Shown: positions 52,501 to 63,915 of the stretch, piece after piece
How the letters are laid out: each line of letters opens with the position of its first letter
Position numbering within the stretch: position 1 is the first letter of the stretch
Assembly: GCA_040285825.1 (NCBI GenBank)
Contig: JAUPSS010000004.1
Coordinates: 3,935,784 to 3,999,783, forward strand
Direction of reading: 5' to 3'
DNA length: 64,000 bases
Source: Eukaryota sp. TZLM1-RC
Taxonomy: Eukaryota; Protista; Metamonada: BaSk clade
Made by a program: the position numbers and the translations under genes
Notes under the pieces: generated by a model
Database searches by the model: none
What the model saw: the letters and a program-made list of their open reading frames with translations, nothing else
Told to the model about the DNA's origin: nothing

Positions 52501-55230
52501 CACGTCCTTGTAGTTGATCTTGATGAGCTTGAGCTGCTCGTAATTGCTGATTAGCATTTGACAATTGAGTCTTTAAGGATTCTGCTTCTGATTTATACAT
52601 ACCAAGTTGATTTCTAGTATCTTCAAGTGCTTTTTGAGCACTGATTAAGGCTTCATTGTCCTTCTTCATTGATTCAGTATGGACTAATAATTCAGATTGA
52701 AGTGCACTAATCTTTTGAACACCTTCAGATTCACGTTGAGAAAGTTCGTCAAGATTTGATCGTAATTCGGAAATCATAGACTCGTATCGTTGTTCAAGAG
52801 AAGAAACTTCACGATGCATATTTTCTTCTAAATCAGAAATTTCAGCTAATCGTTGCTGATGAAGTGCACTGATCTCTTCTTCCAATTTCCTACTATAAGC
52901 CGAAATTTCAGTTTCCTTGGCCTGTAATGCAGCATAAAGATCAGCATCTTCACGTTGAAGTTCATCAACTGAAGCTTTTGAAGACTGCAATTCAGCTTCC
53001 AATTCCTTAAGCTTAGCTTCTCGTTGGCTTAATTCTTCACACGTAGCAGTACCTTCATCACGAGCTCTTTGGAGTTCAGAGGAAAGGGCTTCTACACGTC
53101 CTTGTAGTTGATCTTGATGAGCTTGAGCTGCTCGTAATTGCTGATTAGCATTTGACAATTGAGTCTTTAAGGATTCTGCTTCTGATTTATACATATCAAG
53201 TTGATTTCTAGTATTTTCAAGTGCTTTTTGAGCATTAATTAAGGCTTCATTGTCCTTCTTCATTGATTCAGTATGGACTAATAATTCAGATTGAAGTGCA
53301 CTAATCTTTTGAACACCTTCAGATTCACGTTGAGAAAGTTCGTCAAGATTTGATCGTAATTCGGAAATCATAGACTCGTATCGTTGTTCAAGAGAAGAAA
53401 CTTCACGATGCATATTTTCTTCTAAATCAGAAATTTCAGCTAATCGTTGCTGATGAAGTGCACTGATCTCTTCTTCTAATTTCTTACTATAGGCTGAAAT
53501 TTCAGTTTCCTTGGCCTGTAATGCAGCATGAAGATCAGCATCTTCACGTTGAAGTTCATCAACTGAAGCTTTTGAAGACTGCAATTCAGCTTCCAATTCC
53601 TTAAGCTTAGCTTCTCGTTGGCTTAATTCTTCACACGTAGCAGTACCTTCATCACGAGCTCTTTGGAGTTCAGAGGAAAGGGCTTCTACACGTCCTTGTA
53701 GTTGATCTTGATGAGCTTGAGCTGCTCGTAAATGTTGATTAGCATTTGACAATTGAGTCTTTAAGGATTCTGCTTCTGATTTATAAATACCAAGTTGATT
53801 TCTAGTATCTTCAAGTGCTTTTTGAGCACTGATTAATGCTTCATTGTCCTTCTTCATTGATTCAGCATGGACTAATAATTCAGATTGAAGTGCACTAATC
53901 TTTTGAACACCTTCAGATTCACGTTGAGAAAGTTCGTCAAGATTTGATCGTAATTCGGAAATCATAGACTCGTATCGTTGTTCAATATAACAAGCCGCTT
54001 CTCTAGTTTTTGATTCCAAGTCCAAAAGATGCTGTCGTTGTTGCTCCTTAAGAAGGTGGATGTCTTCTTCAATCTTTTGCACATGAGAACCAGTTTTGAG
54101 AGGTTTGTCGGGATTACTTTGTGGAGGCTCCTTTAGTGACATTGTTGGTAAATCTGGATCAACATAGTCATCGCTTAGAGAAAGAGTAATGGTACTGAGT
54201 GCTTTTGTAGCATAGTGGGACACTGACTGGTCATCATGTTTCGTAAGTAATTCTATACAAGTTAGACCCCCGCAATTGTTAATTATCTCAGCATTATGAG
54301 AGGTTATTCCCAAGTGTGTGAGTGTTACCAGGCCATAACAGGCTAATTCTATATCTGCAGACGCCAAAATATCACAAACATATTCCAGCACATTCATGGA
54401 AGAAATGATCGGGACATTGGCCTTGGATGCTGAAAGATTGCAGAGAGCTCTAAATGAAAACTTTAAAGTTTCTTGAGGATCATCATCTAACCCATTGGAA
54501 GAAAGTAAATCAACAACTGCAGAAATGCCATTTGAATTCCTAATTATTTCCTCATTCAAAGGGTCAGTACTTAAGTTAACCAAAGCAGCTAGAGATGTTC
54601 GCACAATTGCAAAATCTGAATGACTGAGATTCTCCAATATCTTGGGGATGCCTCCTAATACACCAATGGCGGATTGATTAGGTACTGACAAAGAAAGATT
54701 ACAAATAGCACGTAGGGCATCATGGATTATACGATCATCTGAACAGTATAGACAACGAACAATATGAGTGATTCCGTCACATTCCCGGATGGTTTCTTTA
54801 CTTCCATCATCTATGGCTATGTTACAAAGGGCGCGGAGAGACAGTCGGACTACATCTTGGGAGCCACCATCCACGTTAGAAGAAAGGAGGTTTATTAGAA
54901 CAGAGATACCGTCATGGTCACGCACAAGTTTGGAAAGGTTATCATCAAAGGTAAAGGCGCCTATACAACGGAGAGCGAGACGGTGACATTCAAGGTCGTC
55001 CATGTCATCAAGTATATCAAGAAGATAGTCAAGAACTGTTGAGCTGTCTGTGTAAAAAAGTGGAAGATTGGTTTGTGCAAGCTTTGTGAGAACCCAAAGA
55101 GAATCTCTAACAAGGGAAAGATCTGGAGAGTCAAGCAGTGAAAGTAGTGATTGAAGTTCACATCCAAGGGAAAAGTCAAGCTGTTGTTCCTCTGAAATAA
55201 GTCCCTAAAGATGGGAATACAACATACCAT
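40539..55230 (-). CDS. Giant armadillo-repeat / coiled-coil protein (~4,900 aa if three frameshifts are assembly errors)
   Basis: ORFs 51497-55003, 50997-51482, 50312-50893 and 40539-50297 are collinear pieces. The frame extends upstream of 55003 to 55204 (GLISEEQQ...LLSLLDSPDLSLVRDSLWVLTKLA). N- and C-terminal ARM-type repeats (e.g. GGIPKILENLSHSDFAIVRTSLAALVNLS) flank a heptad-rich middle. Confidence 0.85.
45490..53985 (-). repeat. Intragenic 594 bp (198 aa) tandem repeat, ~14 full copies
   Basis: MKKDNEAL starts at 53857, 53263, 52669, 52075, 51482, 50893 and 50297, then every 594 bp down to 45545. Confidence 0.97.
55205..55227 (-). other. Candidate 23 nt spliceosomal intron
   Basis: Minus strand ATG|GTATGTTGTATTCCCATCTTTAG|GGACTT. 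Removal joins an ATG in frame to the long ORF and removes the TAG that bounds it. Confidence 0.55.
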
Positions 55231-55322
55231 TAAGCAATAGAGATCCAATCTCCATTGGGAGGACAACAGTTGGTTCTATCATGTTGGGTGTATTTGTTAA
55301 ACTAGGTGATTTTCTCGAGTTC

Positions 55323-55620
55323 ATGAATTCATTCCAAAGTCATTCCAATCGAACCAATTGAGAGCTCAAGCCAAATATCATGGAGCTTCGTTGATGTTGG
55401 TTAATGTCCCTGAAGGTCTTATCTTTCAAATAGACCTCCAACAATACAGCCTTTGATATTCAGAGGTTCAATTTACACATCTTCCACCTTCCTTACATTG
55501 CTTTAAATACTCACTTCCCAATGAAGCTATTCTGTGTTCTTTTTTCATGTTTTCATTCCAAAAGAAGTTTTGATACTTCAATGGAATACCAAAACCAATT
55601 TGTTTGAACATTGCGAAAGA
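55323..55620 (+). pseudogene. AAR2-like N-terminal fragment (U5 snRNP assembly factor), disrupted
   Basis: Manual translation: HGASLMLVNVPEGLIFQIDLQQYSL*YSEVQFTHLPPSLHCFKYS...FFHVFIPKEVLILQWNTKTNLFE, resembling the AAR2 pattern G.tl..l..P.g..fGID...ppG.H...YS...FF...ev....W. Has an in-frame TGA (55454), an 11 nt duplication and a frameshift. Confidence 0.5.
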
Positions 55621-56231
55621 CTCTCACCAGCCTCTTCACCCACTTGTCCTTCTACTTGACCTAACTTTTGACCTTACACCATTTGGTCTCACATCAATGT
55701 TTCACACCACTGCTTTCCTCTTAACACTTCCCATATGGTTGGTTTACAACACCATGGCCTTAATCACTGGAGTTATTGTTGCTTTTGTGGTTGTTGAACC
55801 ATCTAGAATTTGGGATTTTGCATTTATGAAATCCTACCAACTTTGAGCTGGATAGATATAAGTATGTGGTTCAAGTTACAATTGCCGAGAATAAAGCTCA
55901 GGGATTGTTCCATGGTGTTCAATTTGTGTGGGATGAAGACTCGGACAGAATTGCCAACTATAGCCTTTGCATTGTTTGTTTCCTTCTTTCTTTAATCTCA
56001 GGATTCTATTTTTTGTGGAGTATCGGTGTATGCATTGTACACATATTAATCTATTTTGGATTAATTAATATATTTGAAATGTTAAATAATTTATTGTACA
56101 TTATTTAATTAAATTGAATTAAAATTAATCAGATAGATTTCAAATAAATTAGTCACTTTTAAACACTAGATTTACTGACTTATAACGCCTGCTGGGATGT
56201 TGATAAAAAGAAGAAATTTGAGTTAAAACAA

Positions 56232-59200
56232 AGTTTTTTTTTTCATTTTTTTCCTTCCTCTACATAAAACCGTTTAACTTAAAACCGGGCTGAACCGTGA
56301 TCATTGCTTCTATTCTTTTTATGTTGATGCCTGAATCAGTTTCTGACTCTAATGGAGTCAAAAGAAAGGACGATAGACAACAAGATGCTCAAGACGTCCT
56401 TTCCACCTCTCCTCCTCATCCTCTTCTCTCTTCATTTTTGGACAAAAAAAATTCTGATCAAGAATTTTTAGAAAATCACGATGAAAACAAAGTTTGTTCA
56501 AAAACCAAGCCACGCTCCTACAGATGCTCAAAGTGTCGACAACAGGGACATAATGCTCGAACATGCCCCAATGTTGGAAAAAATAATGTGGCAAATTCTG
56601 AAACAAAATGTAAAAGAAAATTTATTAGAAGGAAAGAGTCTAAGGTAGAACCCATAAATAATGCTCCACAAATTGTTGCAAAACCAGTTTGCAACCGATT
56701 AAAGCACAAAACTTGCAACACTTGTGGTATTTCTTTTAGAAAAAATGCAAAAGGAAAAACTTCTGATCACTGCTTGAAATGCCGCATAGTTGATAACTAC
56801 CATCCTCCTATAAGAATACCTCAAGAAATTCATCCGACCAAATGCAATGAATTTGCTTTCGTTTTTCAAAGATTTTTGGATCAATTATGTAAAGGAAAGT
56901 ATGCTATCAATATTATTTGGGAATATTTTGGTTCTTTTTGTCCTCCTTTTGAACAAAATTTTGTAAATAATTCCGAAGATTTAACTAATATAGCACCGAG
57001 AAATCAATCATCCGAGAAATTAAGTAAAATTTTTGAAGACAAATGCTTTGACATCAAATGGTCCAAGGCTTTGTCAGCTTTAAGTCCTGGAGTTAAAGCA
57101 CCCAACAATAAAATTACAATAGATAAACTAAAAATACTTCATCCTTATGAAAACCCTATAATGGATCAATATTTTTATGGCACATACTGGGAAAATAATC
57201 CATTGATGACATCAGAAGTTTGTTCGGTGATCAAAAAGAGACCACGCGGTAAATCTGCCGGACGTTCTGGTATTACTATTGATCATGTAAAAGCCGCAAT
57301 TATTTCTTCAGAAGATTGTCTTGGTTTATTGACCAAATATTTCAACAAAATATTATCTGGTCAACGCAAATACCCAGAAGAATTAAGAAGTTCTCGTTTG
57401 ACTGCACTTGTCAAAAATTCAAAAATGGATGTTCGTCCTATTGCAGTCTCTGAGAGCTTACACAATATTTTTTCTGCGTGTTGCTTAAACAGGTTCAATG
57501 AAAAAGCTAAAAAGATTTTATTACCCTTTCAATATGGTATTAGTACCACAGATGGAGTCTCTTCAGCGATATTTGCTACTGATGTTTTATTTCGCCAAAA
57601 TGAATCCAATGTTTGTATGTCATTGGATTGTAGTAATGCTTTCAATTCACTAAGTCGTCGCAGTATCCATGGTGCTCCATTGCAATATATGCCAGAATTA
57701 ATACCGTATTTTCAATCAACATATTGCACATATTTTTTTAACATATATCGTATTTATTGAATTTGCACACTTGATTAAATTAAATCATAACTAATGGGAC
57801 GACTATCATTAAACCAAGATTTCCTCTACAAAATCTTGATTTGCTTGCTGTCTAGCTAAAGCTTCTCTAATTCGATTGAAAAACCGCGGTAATCTATTAA
57901 TAATGGCAAATTGAATCCGTGAACGCCATAAAAAAATATCAAATCTTTTCATTGTTTTTTCTTTCACCATTTTTTGGAAGTCATCCAAAAAAGTTTCTAA
58001 ACAGTTTCGCGGTAATCTATTAATAATGGCAAATTGAATCCGTGAACGCCATAAAAAAATATCAAATCTTTTCATTGTTTTTTCTTTCACCATTTTTTGG
58101 AAGTCATCCAAAAAAGTTTCTGCTTCAACTGATAATCTTCCATTTATCGAAAATGGGAAAGCAATAAAAACCAGCTGTGTATTTCTATCGACATTTGCAT
58201 CTTCAATTCCTTTATCATATTTTCTGTGTTTTTCTTTTGCTTTAAAATCCAGAGCAGCCACAGGATTAAGTTTTCTTCTGTGAACCAAAGTATCGTTTGC
58301 AACATTACATGAGACAAAGTCAACAATAGCTTCAGAATTATCAATCCAATCACAGTATACATCACCTCTATCATCAGAACCAAAATTATTCAGAGAAAGT
58401 GTTTCCTTCAGCAGGGGCTCTTTGATACACGATATCCTTGCAGTTTGTGCCATATTGAAAACAGTGTCTCTAACAGCATCATGTAATGAAGAACGATAAG
58501 TTATCAATTTAGAGCAATTTAGAGCATGGCGCAAAGTGAGTTGAGGTGAATTCGAACAAATACATTTTTCTTTTGATAATAATTGGTTAATGGGGATGTT
58601 CAAATATAATCTCATTTTTGTTACAAATGCTTCATTAGTGGCACACAATCCAAATCTTCGTGGTACAATGGTTACAAAAAGTGAAGAATCTGACGCCTTG
58701 TTTTCACAAACACCCTTTTCCAATAACAATGAGTGAAGATCTTGATTTAAAACAGCCGAGCTGCAAATATTATTATAAAGATCTTTTTCATACATTCCAG
58801 TCAATCTTTTCTGTAATGTTCGAAGAGTGTACTTCAAATTTAAAACATTTTTTTCTGGAATATTGCCATTGAATGATTGGGGAAAACATCGACCCCATTT
58901 TTCTACATCAATTCTTGAAATTTCTTCATTTAATGCAAAAACAGTGGAACTTTGCGTTGTCATCAATAAATCTTCCCAATCTGCAAATCTTTCGGAAAAC
59001 TCAAAGATTGCATTTCTGCATCCACCAACAAAAGCACACGAGGTAAGAATAGAAGCCTTCGTCCACCCTAAACCACCATAATGTGGACTAAGGTAAGCAT
59101 GATCTGGAATTTGAAACATTTTACATCCCAGTAATTGCGACAGAACTTTTGCACGTAACTCATTAAACTTTTGAGCCAAAGGTCTAGTGACGAGAGGATT

Positions 59201-61129
59201 TGTAGATCGAAATATATGATTAAAATTGGAACTAAAACACAGTCTTATAATGGTAAATTTGATGTGTTTTTTTTACATATTCTAATTTACATTTTGGTAA
59301 CAACATTTTGAGTTCATCAAGTGGCGTAAAGCAAGGAGATCCGTTAGGACCTCTTTTGTTTTGTTTGGCCATTCATCCTATTCTACTGCAAATTCAAGAG
59401 ATGTTTCCTTCACTAAAAATGATTGCATATACGGATGATGTTGTGCTTATTGGTGATTTAAATATTGTGAAACAAGCAACTGTATGTTTTAAAGAATTAT
59501 TTACCAAAATTGGTCTCCGACTTAATTTACTTAAATGTGTTTTGTTATCGAATTCTGCAGCTTCCACAATAGTTGATGGTATTGATATTCAAGCCAAATT
59601 ATATTCAATTGATGCTATTCGTCATTTGGGTTCGTTTTTAGGAAATAATGATGAAATTACCAAAAAATTGTTTGAAAAGTTGAACTCAATTTCTGACAAA
59701 ATTGACCGAATGATGAATTTAGATATAAAAAAACACATCAAATTTACCATTATAAGACTGTGTTTTAGCTCCAATTTTAATCATATATTTCGATCTACAA
59801 ATCCTCTCGTCACTAGACCTTTGGCTCAGCAGTTTAATGAGTTACGTGCAAAAGTTCTGTCTCAATTACTGGGATGTAAAATGTTTCAAATTCCAAATCA
59901 TGCTTACCTTAGTCCACATTATGGCGGTTTAGGGTGGACGAAGGCTTCTATTCCTACCTCGTGTGCTTTTGTTGGTGGATGCAAAAATGCAATCTTTGAG
60001 TTTTCCGAAAGATTTGCAGATTGGGAAGATTTATTGATGACAATGCAAAGTTCCACTGTTTTTGCATTAAATGAAGAAATTTCAAAAATTGATGTAGAAA
60101 AATGGGGTCGATGTTTTCCCCAATCATTCAATGGCAATATTCCAGAAAAAAATGTTTTAAATTTGAAGTACACTCTTCGAACATTACAGTAACGATTGAC
60201 TGGAATGTATGAAAAAGATCTTTATAATAATATATGCAGCTCGGCTGTTTTAAATCAAGATCTTCACTCATTGTTATTGGAAAAGGGTGTTTGTGAAAAC
60301 AAGTCGTCAGATTCTTCACTTTTTGTAACTATTGTACACGAAGATTTGGATTGTGTGCCACTAATGAAGCATTTGTAACAAAAATGAGATTATATTTGAA
60401 CATCCCCATTAATCAATTATTATCAAAAGAAAAACGTATTTGTTCGAATTCACCTCAGCTCACTTTGCGACATGCTCTGAATTGCTGTAAATTGATAACT
60501 TATCGTTCTTCATTACATGATGCTGTTAGAGACACTGTTGTCAATATGGCACAAACTGCAAGGATATCGTGTATCAAAGAGCCCCTGCTGAAGGAAACAC
60601 TTTCTCTGAATAATTTTGGTTTTGATGATAGAGGTGATGTATACTGTGATTGGATTGATAATTCTGAAGCTATTGTTGACTTTGTTTCATGTAATGTTGC
60701 AAACGATACTTTGGTTCACAGAAGAAAACTTAATCCTGTGGCTGCTCTGGATTTTAAAGCAAAAGAGAAACATAGAAAATATGATAAAGATATTGAAGAG
60801 GCTAATGTCGATAGAAATACACAGCTGGTTTTTATTGCTTTCCCATTTTCGATAAATGGAAGATTATCAGTTGAAGCAGAAACTTTTTTGAATGACTTCC
60901 AAAAAATGGTGCAAGAAAAAACAATAAGATTTGATATATTTTTATGTCGTTCACGGATTCAATTTGCCATTATTAATAGATTACCATGGTTTTTCAATCG
61001 AATAAGAGAAGTTTTAGCTAGACAGCAAGCAGATCAAGATTTTGTAGAGGAAATCTTGGTTCAATGATAGTCGTCCCATTAGTATTGAGTTAATTTAATT
61101 AAGTGTGCAAATTCAATAAATACAAATTT
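56232..61129 (+). mobile_element. Full-length family A CRE-like RLE non-LTR retrotransposon (~3.35 kb without the nested copy), inactivated
   Basis: Single ORF in pieces: CSKCRQQGHNARTC knuckle, CNTC..CLKC, RT (RPIAVSE, QYG, LDCSNAFNS, GVKQGDPLGPLLF, YTDD, GLRLN), GGLG, CCHC, RLE (HDAVRD, KEP, RGD, DF, KHRKY). TSD AGTTAAAACAA at 56221-56231 and 61130-61140. Stop at 60190 and a frameshift near 60345. Confidence 0.92.
57735..59274 (-). mobile_element. 5'-truncated family A copy nested antisense inside the RT of another family A copy
   Basis: ORF 57809-59179. Duplication ACATATT at 57728-57734 and 59275-59281; removing the insert restores QSTYCTYSNLHFGNNILSSSSGVKQGDP. Confidence 0.9.
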
Positions 61130-61794
61130 AGTTAAAACAAGAATTAAACCTACAATACATGAAGAAAAATGAAGGCACAACACCACAGTTTCAAATAAAG
61201 GCATTGAGCAGATACCACAAAAAGGTTAAAAAGGACATAATTAATATTTGAGGAAAAACACACGCAACCGCAAAAGAGGATAGTGTAAATAGCCGCTCCT
61301 TCAGGTTACCACAGAACAAAAACTAGTCTAAGTATCACATAGTGGAGTTCTAGCAGAGAAACAAACTAGCCAAAAAGAGATATTGGTTAAGGCATGAATC
61401 ACTGTAGCCTTTCCCATTGGCATCACATGGAGAGTGTGTAAAAAAGGGAAGGTCGATCAAATGGGTCAAAGAAATAAAGTACGACGTACACTGAGCAGAG
61501 GCTCTGTACTTCACAACAACACGAACTTTCGGAACCTCTTCTTTCTTTGGTTCAACACACACCATACCATAGCTGTCACTCTATTTAACTTCTTAGTTGG
61601 TGATCCGCAAAGGTACAACAACACTCTTTTTTCTTCCCGAAGAGTAACTCTTAATCAAGGGAATAGTACCGACATCTTTCGGATAAACAATTCAAAACCA
61701 CCTCGAGCAAGCCTTTTTGCATCCCGTCAGACGACAGAGACTCGCCCCTATCGCTAGTTTGAAGCCTACTTTTGTTCCTTTTTTTAAATATGAA

Positions 61795-62731
61795 ATTTAT
61801 TTTCGACGCCAACAAAACATTAAACAAAAAAAAACTAGAACTCAATATCCTCAATACACGCATCAACACCATCAAATCTTTTAAGCGCGTGATTTTCATA
61901 CTCTATTCCTAATTGTAACGGTGATTTGGTCAACATTTCTGGAACTGCTTTAAAAATACTAAAAACAATTCTATTGAGCCAGAAATTGAAGTTCAATTTT
62001 TTTCCTGCTCTTTCTTTCACTAAACTTCTGAAACCTTCGAGAAATTTAATGCCAGATATTCCAATGTTACCAAAAAGAGAAACAGCAAATGGAACCAGCT
62101 GATACTTGACATGCTCAACACGTCCTAGCTGAGATAAGGGTTCATTGTACTGTTTGATTTTGCTCTTTTCAGCAAAGCAAAGTGGAGTTTCATCTTTTTT
62201 AGCAAAATCAATTGCTGAGTCTTTACAAACATCAACAGTGACAACATCAACAACTTTAATCACACCATCAGACCCAGTGGTAATTAAATCAGCACGGCGT
62301 TTCCCAAAAGTATTTTCATCTTCATTTTGAGATGACAACCTTCGCACAAGTGGCTCAACAAAAGCTTTAGTGTGATGACTTTTGCACATAGCGTATAGTT
62401 GGTCTCTAACAGCATCGTGAACCACTGAACTATATGTAATATTAACTTTGCAATTAAATAAATGATTCAGATTGATGAGCTGACCACAACGACAAATCAA
62501 ATCATTTGGCACACTACATGGCCGCAGAAAACACCTCATCCTGAAGACAGTTGTCCATTGATGATCATTCAATAATAAACCATATACATTTGGAATCTGG
62601 GAAATGAGACAACTTGAGCTACTTTCCTTAAGATCAATTAAAAAGTTTGCAAAAACGGGATTCTTTTCTTTAGCCAAGCTAAGACGAACAGTGAAATCCA
62701 AGTTCCCTTTTCCACATGGGATCTCAACCAT
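61795..62731 (-). mobile_element. 5'-truncated RLE non-LTR retrotransposon, family C
   Basis: ORF 61835-62731: CRCGQLINLNHLFNC, HDAVRD, VEP, RRADL, DVVT, KIKQY and PFAVSLFG; short T-rich UTR ending AATAAA. Confidence 0.85.
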
Positions 62732-62862
62732 TTTTTCTCCAAAAACACATCACGAACAATTTTGAAAAACCCTTATTTATTTTTTAGAACAAAAGTTAAT
62801 GACTAGACCATGTTTTCTAATGGTGATAGTTTCCAAATAACTTTCAAATCCCATCCAAAGGA

Positions 62863-63788
62863 GTGAGATTGTCTGGAGAAGCCTTGACTGATAAAAGATT
62901 TAGAGGGAACTTGATTACTACAAAACGACTCGGAATACATACCCTGCAAGCCAAGATTGAACGGCCAAGACCTCGACAGAAACCTAAAGCTACTGAGTGG
63001 CAGGCACCTGATGATGAAACGGAAATGGTGTTCTGTACCATCGACCCCAACCACTCTAATCTATGTGGTTCCAGCATTGGAACACGTTCAGGACCGACCG
63101 TATCCAATATCTTCTTGGCACCAAAGCAACGAAAAATCAATCACTCCGCTTCACTGACCCACTCATCAATAGATGTTTATGACGTGCAGAAATTAAACCA
63201 TTATCTGCTTGAAATAGCAACTATCGGTGACTATAAGTACTATGAAGGAAATAACGTAAGACGATCATTGCTACAGCAGCAATTATATCTGAGTGCTCGA
63301 AAAGCATTGAGGAGAAACACATTTGACTTCTTTATAAGAAAACAAAAAAAAATTCAGCTCAATTATCAACAAAGTGAAAAAATTTGCAAACGGTCGAGAA
63401 GTAAAGGTGTAGTTTGATAATGGAGGTGGTGGTACATCACGTCAAAAAGTGAAAAACTCCACGCAAGACGTTTCTCAAGTTGTTACAATGTTCATTTGCT
63501 AATGTGAAGATCGGAGATGAATATATGACATCAGCAAAGGTGAACTGCTGCAAGATGCTACACCGAAAGATCTATCGAGAAGTTGAAAGTGAAGTTAAAG
63601 TTCACAACGCCTATTTTAGTTGTCCGGAATGTAATCAAGTTTGGTCTAGAGACATTTCTGCATCACTAAATCAACTAGAAATTGCATTAGTGAGCACTAT
63701 TATGGAAAAAGACCAGAAGCGTTCCAGGGACCACAAAGAACTAGCTTCAAAGCTACGTATTGTTCTAGAGGAGAAATGGGCTCACTGA
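62863..63788 (+). pseudogene. Fanzor (eukaryotic TnpB-family RNA-guided nuclease), N-terminally truncated and frameshifted
   Basis: RuvC-I CTIDPN (D 63043), helical RKALRRNTFDFFIRKQK, RuvC-II GDEYMTS (E 63519), Zn ligands NCC...CPEC, RuvC-III WSRDISASLN (D 63651), and GKRPEAF in a shifted frame. Confidence 0.8.
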
Positions 63789-63915
63789 GATTGGTGGCCA
63801 ATTATTCGAGGATTCTAGAACGTCTGTGGACGATCTCACCAAGAATGAAAGTTCTTGGAATGAGTTTGAATGATGCTTGAAGAAAGTATGCATTTCAAAT
63901 AAAAACCACAGACAG
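63740..63915 (+). ncRNA. Candidate Fanzor omegaRNA scaffold
   Basis: Nested complementary stems just downstream of the RuvC-III coding region (see findings). Confidence 0.5.

Noticed and set aside
61140-61790. Short ORFs 61350-61899 and a 10 bp inverted repeat flanking family C
   Set aside because: No recognisable motifs; a short AT-rich inverted repeat is insufficient to call TIRs.
63405-63415. Non-standard genetic code (TAG read-through) explaining in-frame stops
   Set aside because: The 3,252 aa ORF is open under the standard code, is Gln-rich without TAR codons, and ends in TAA.
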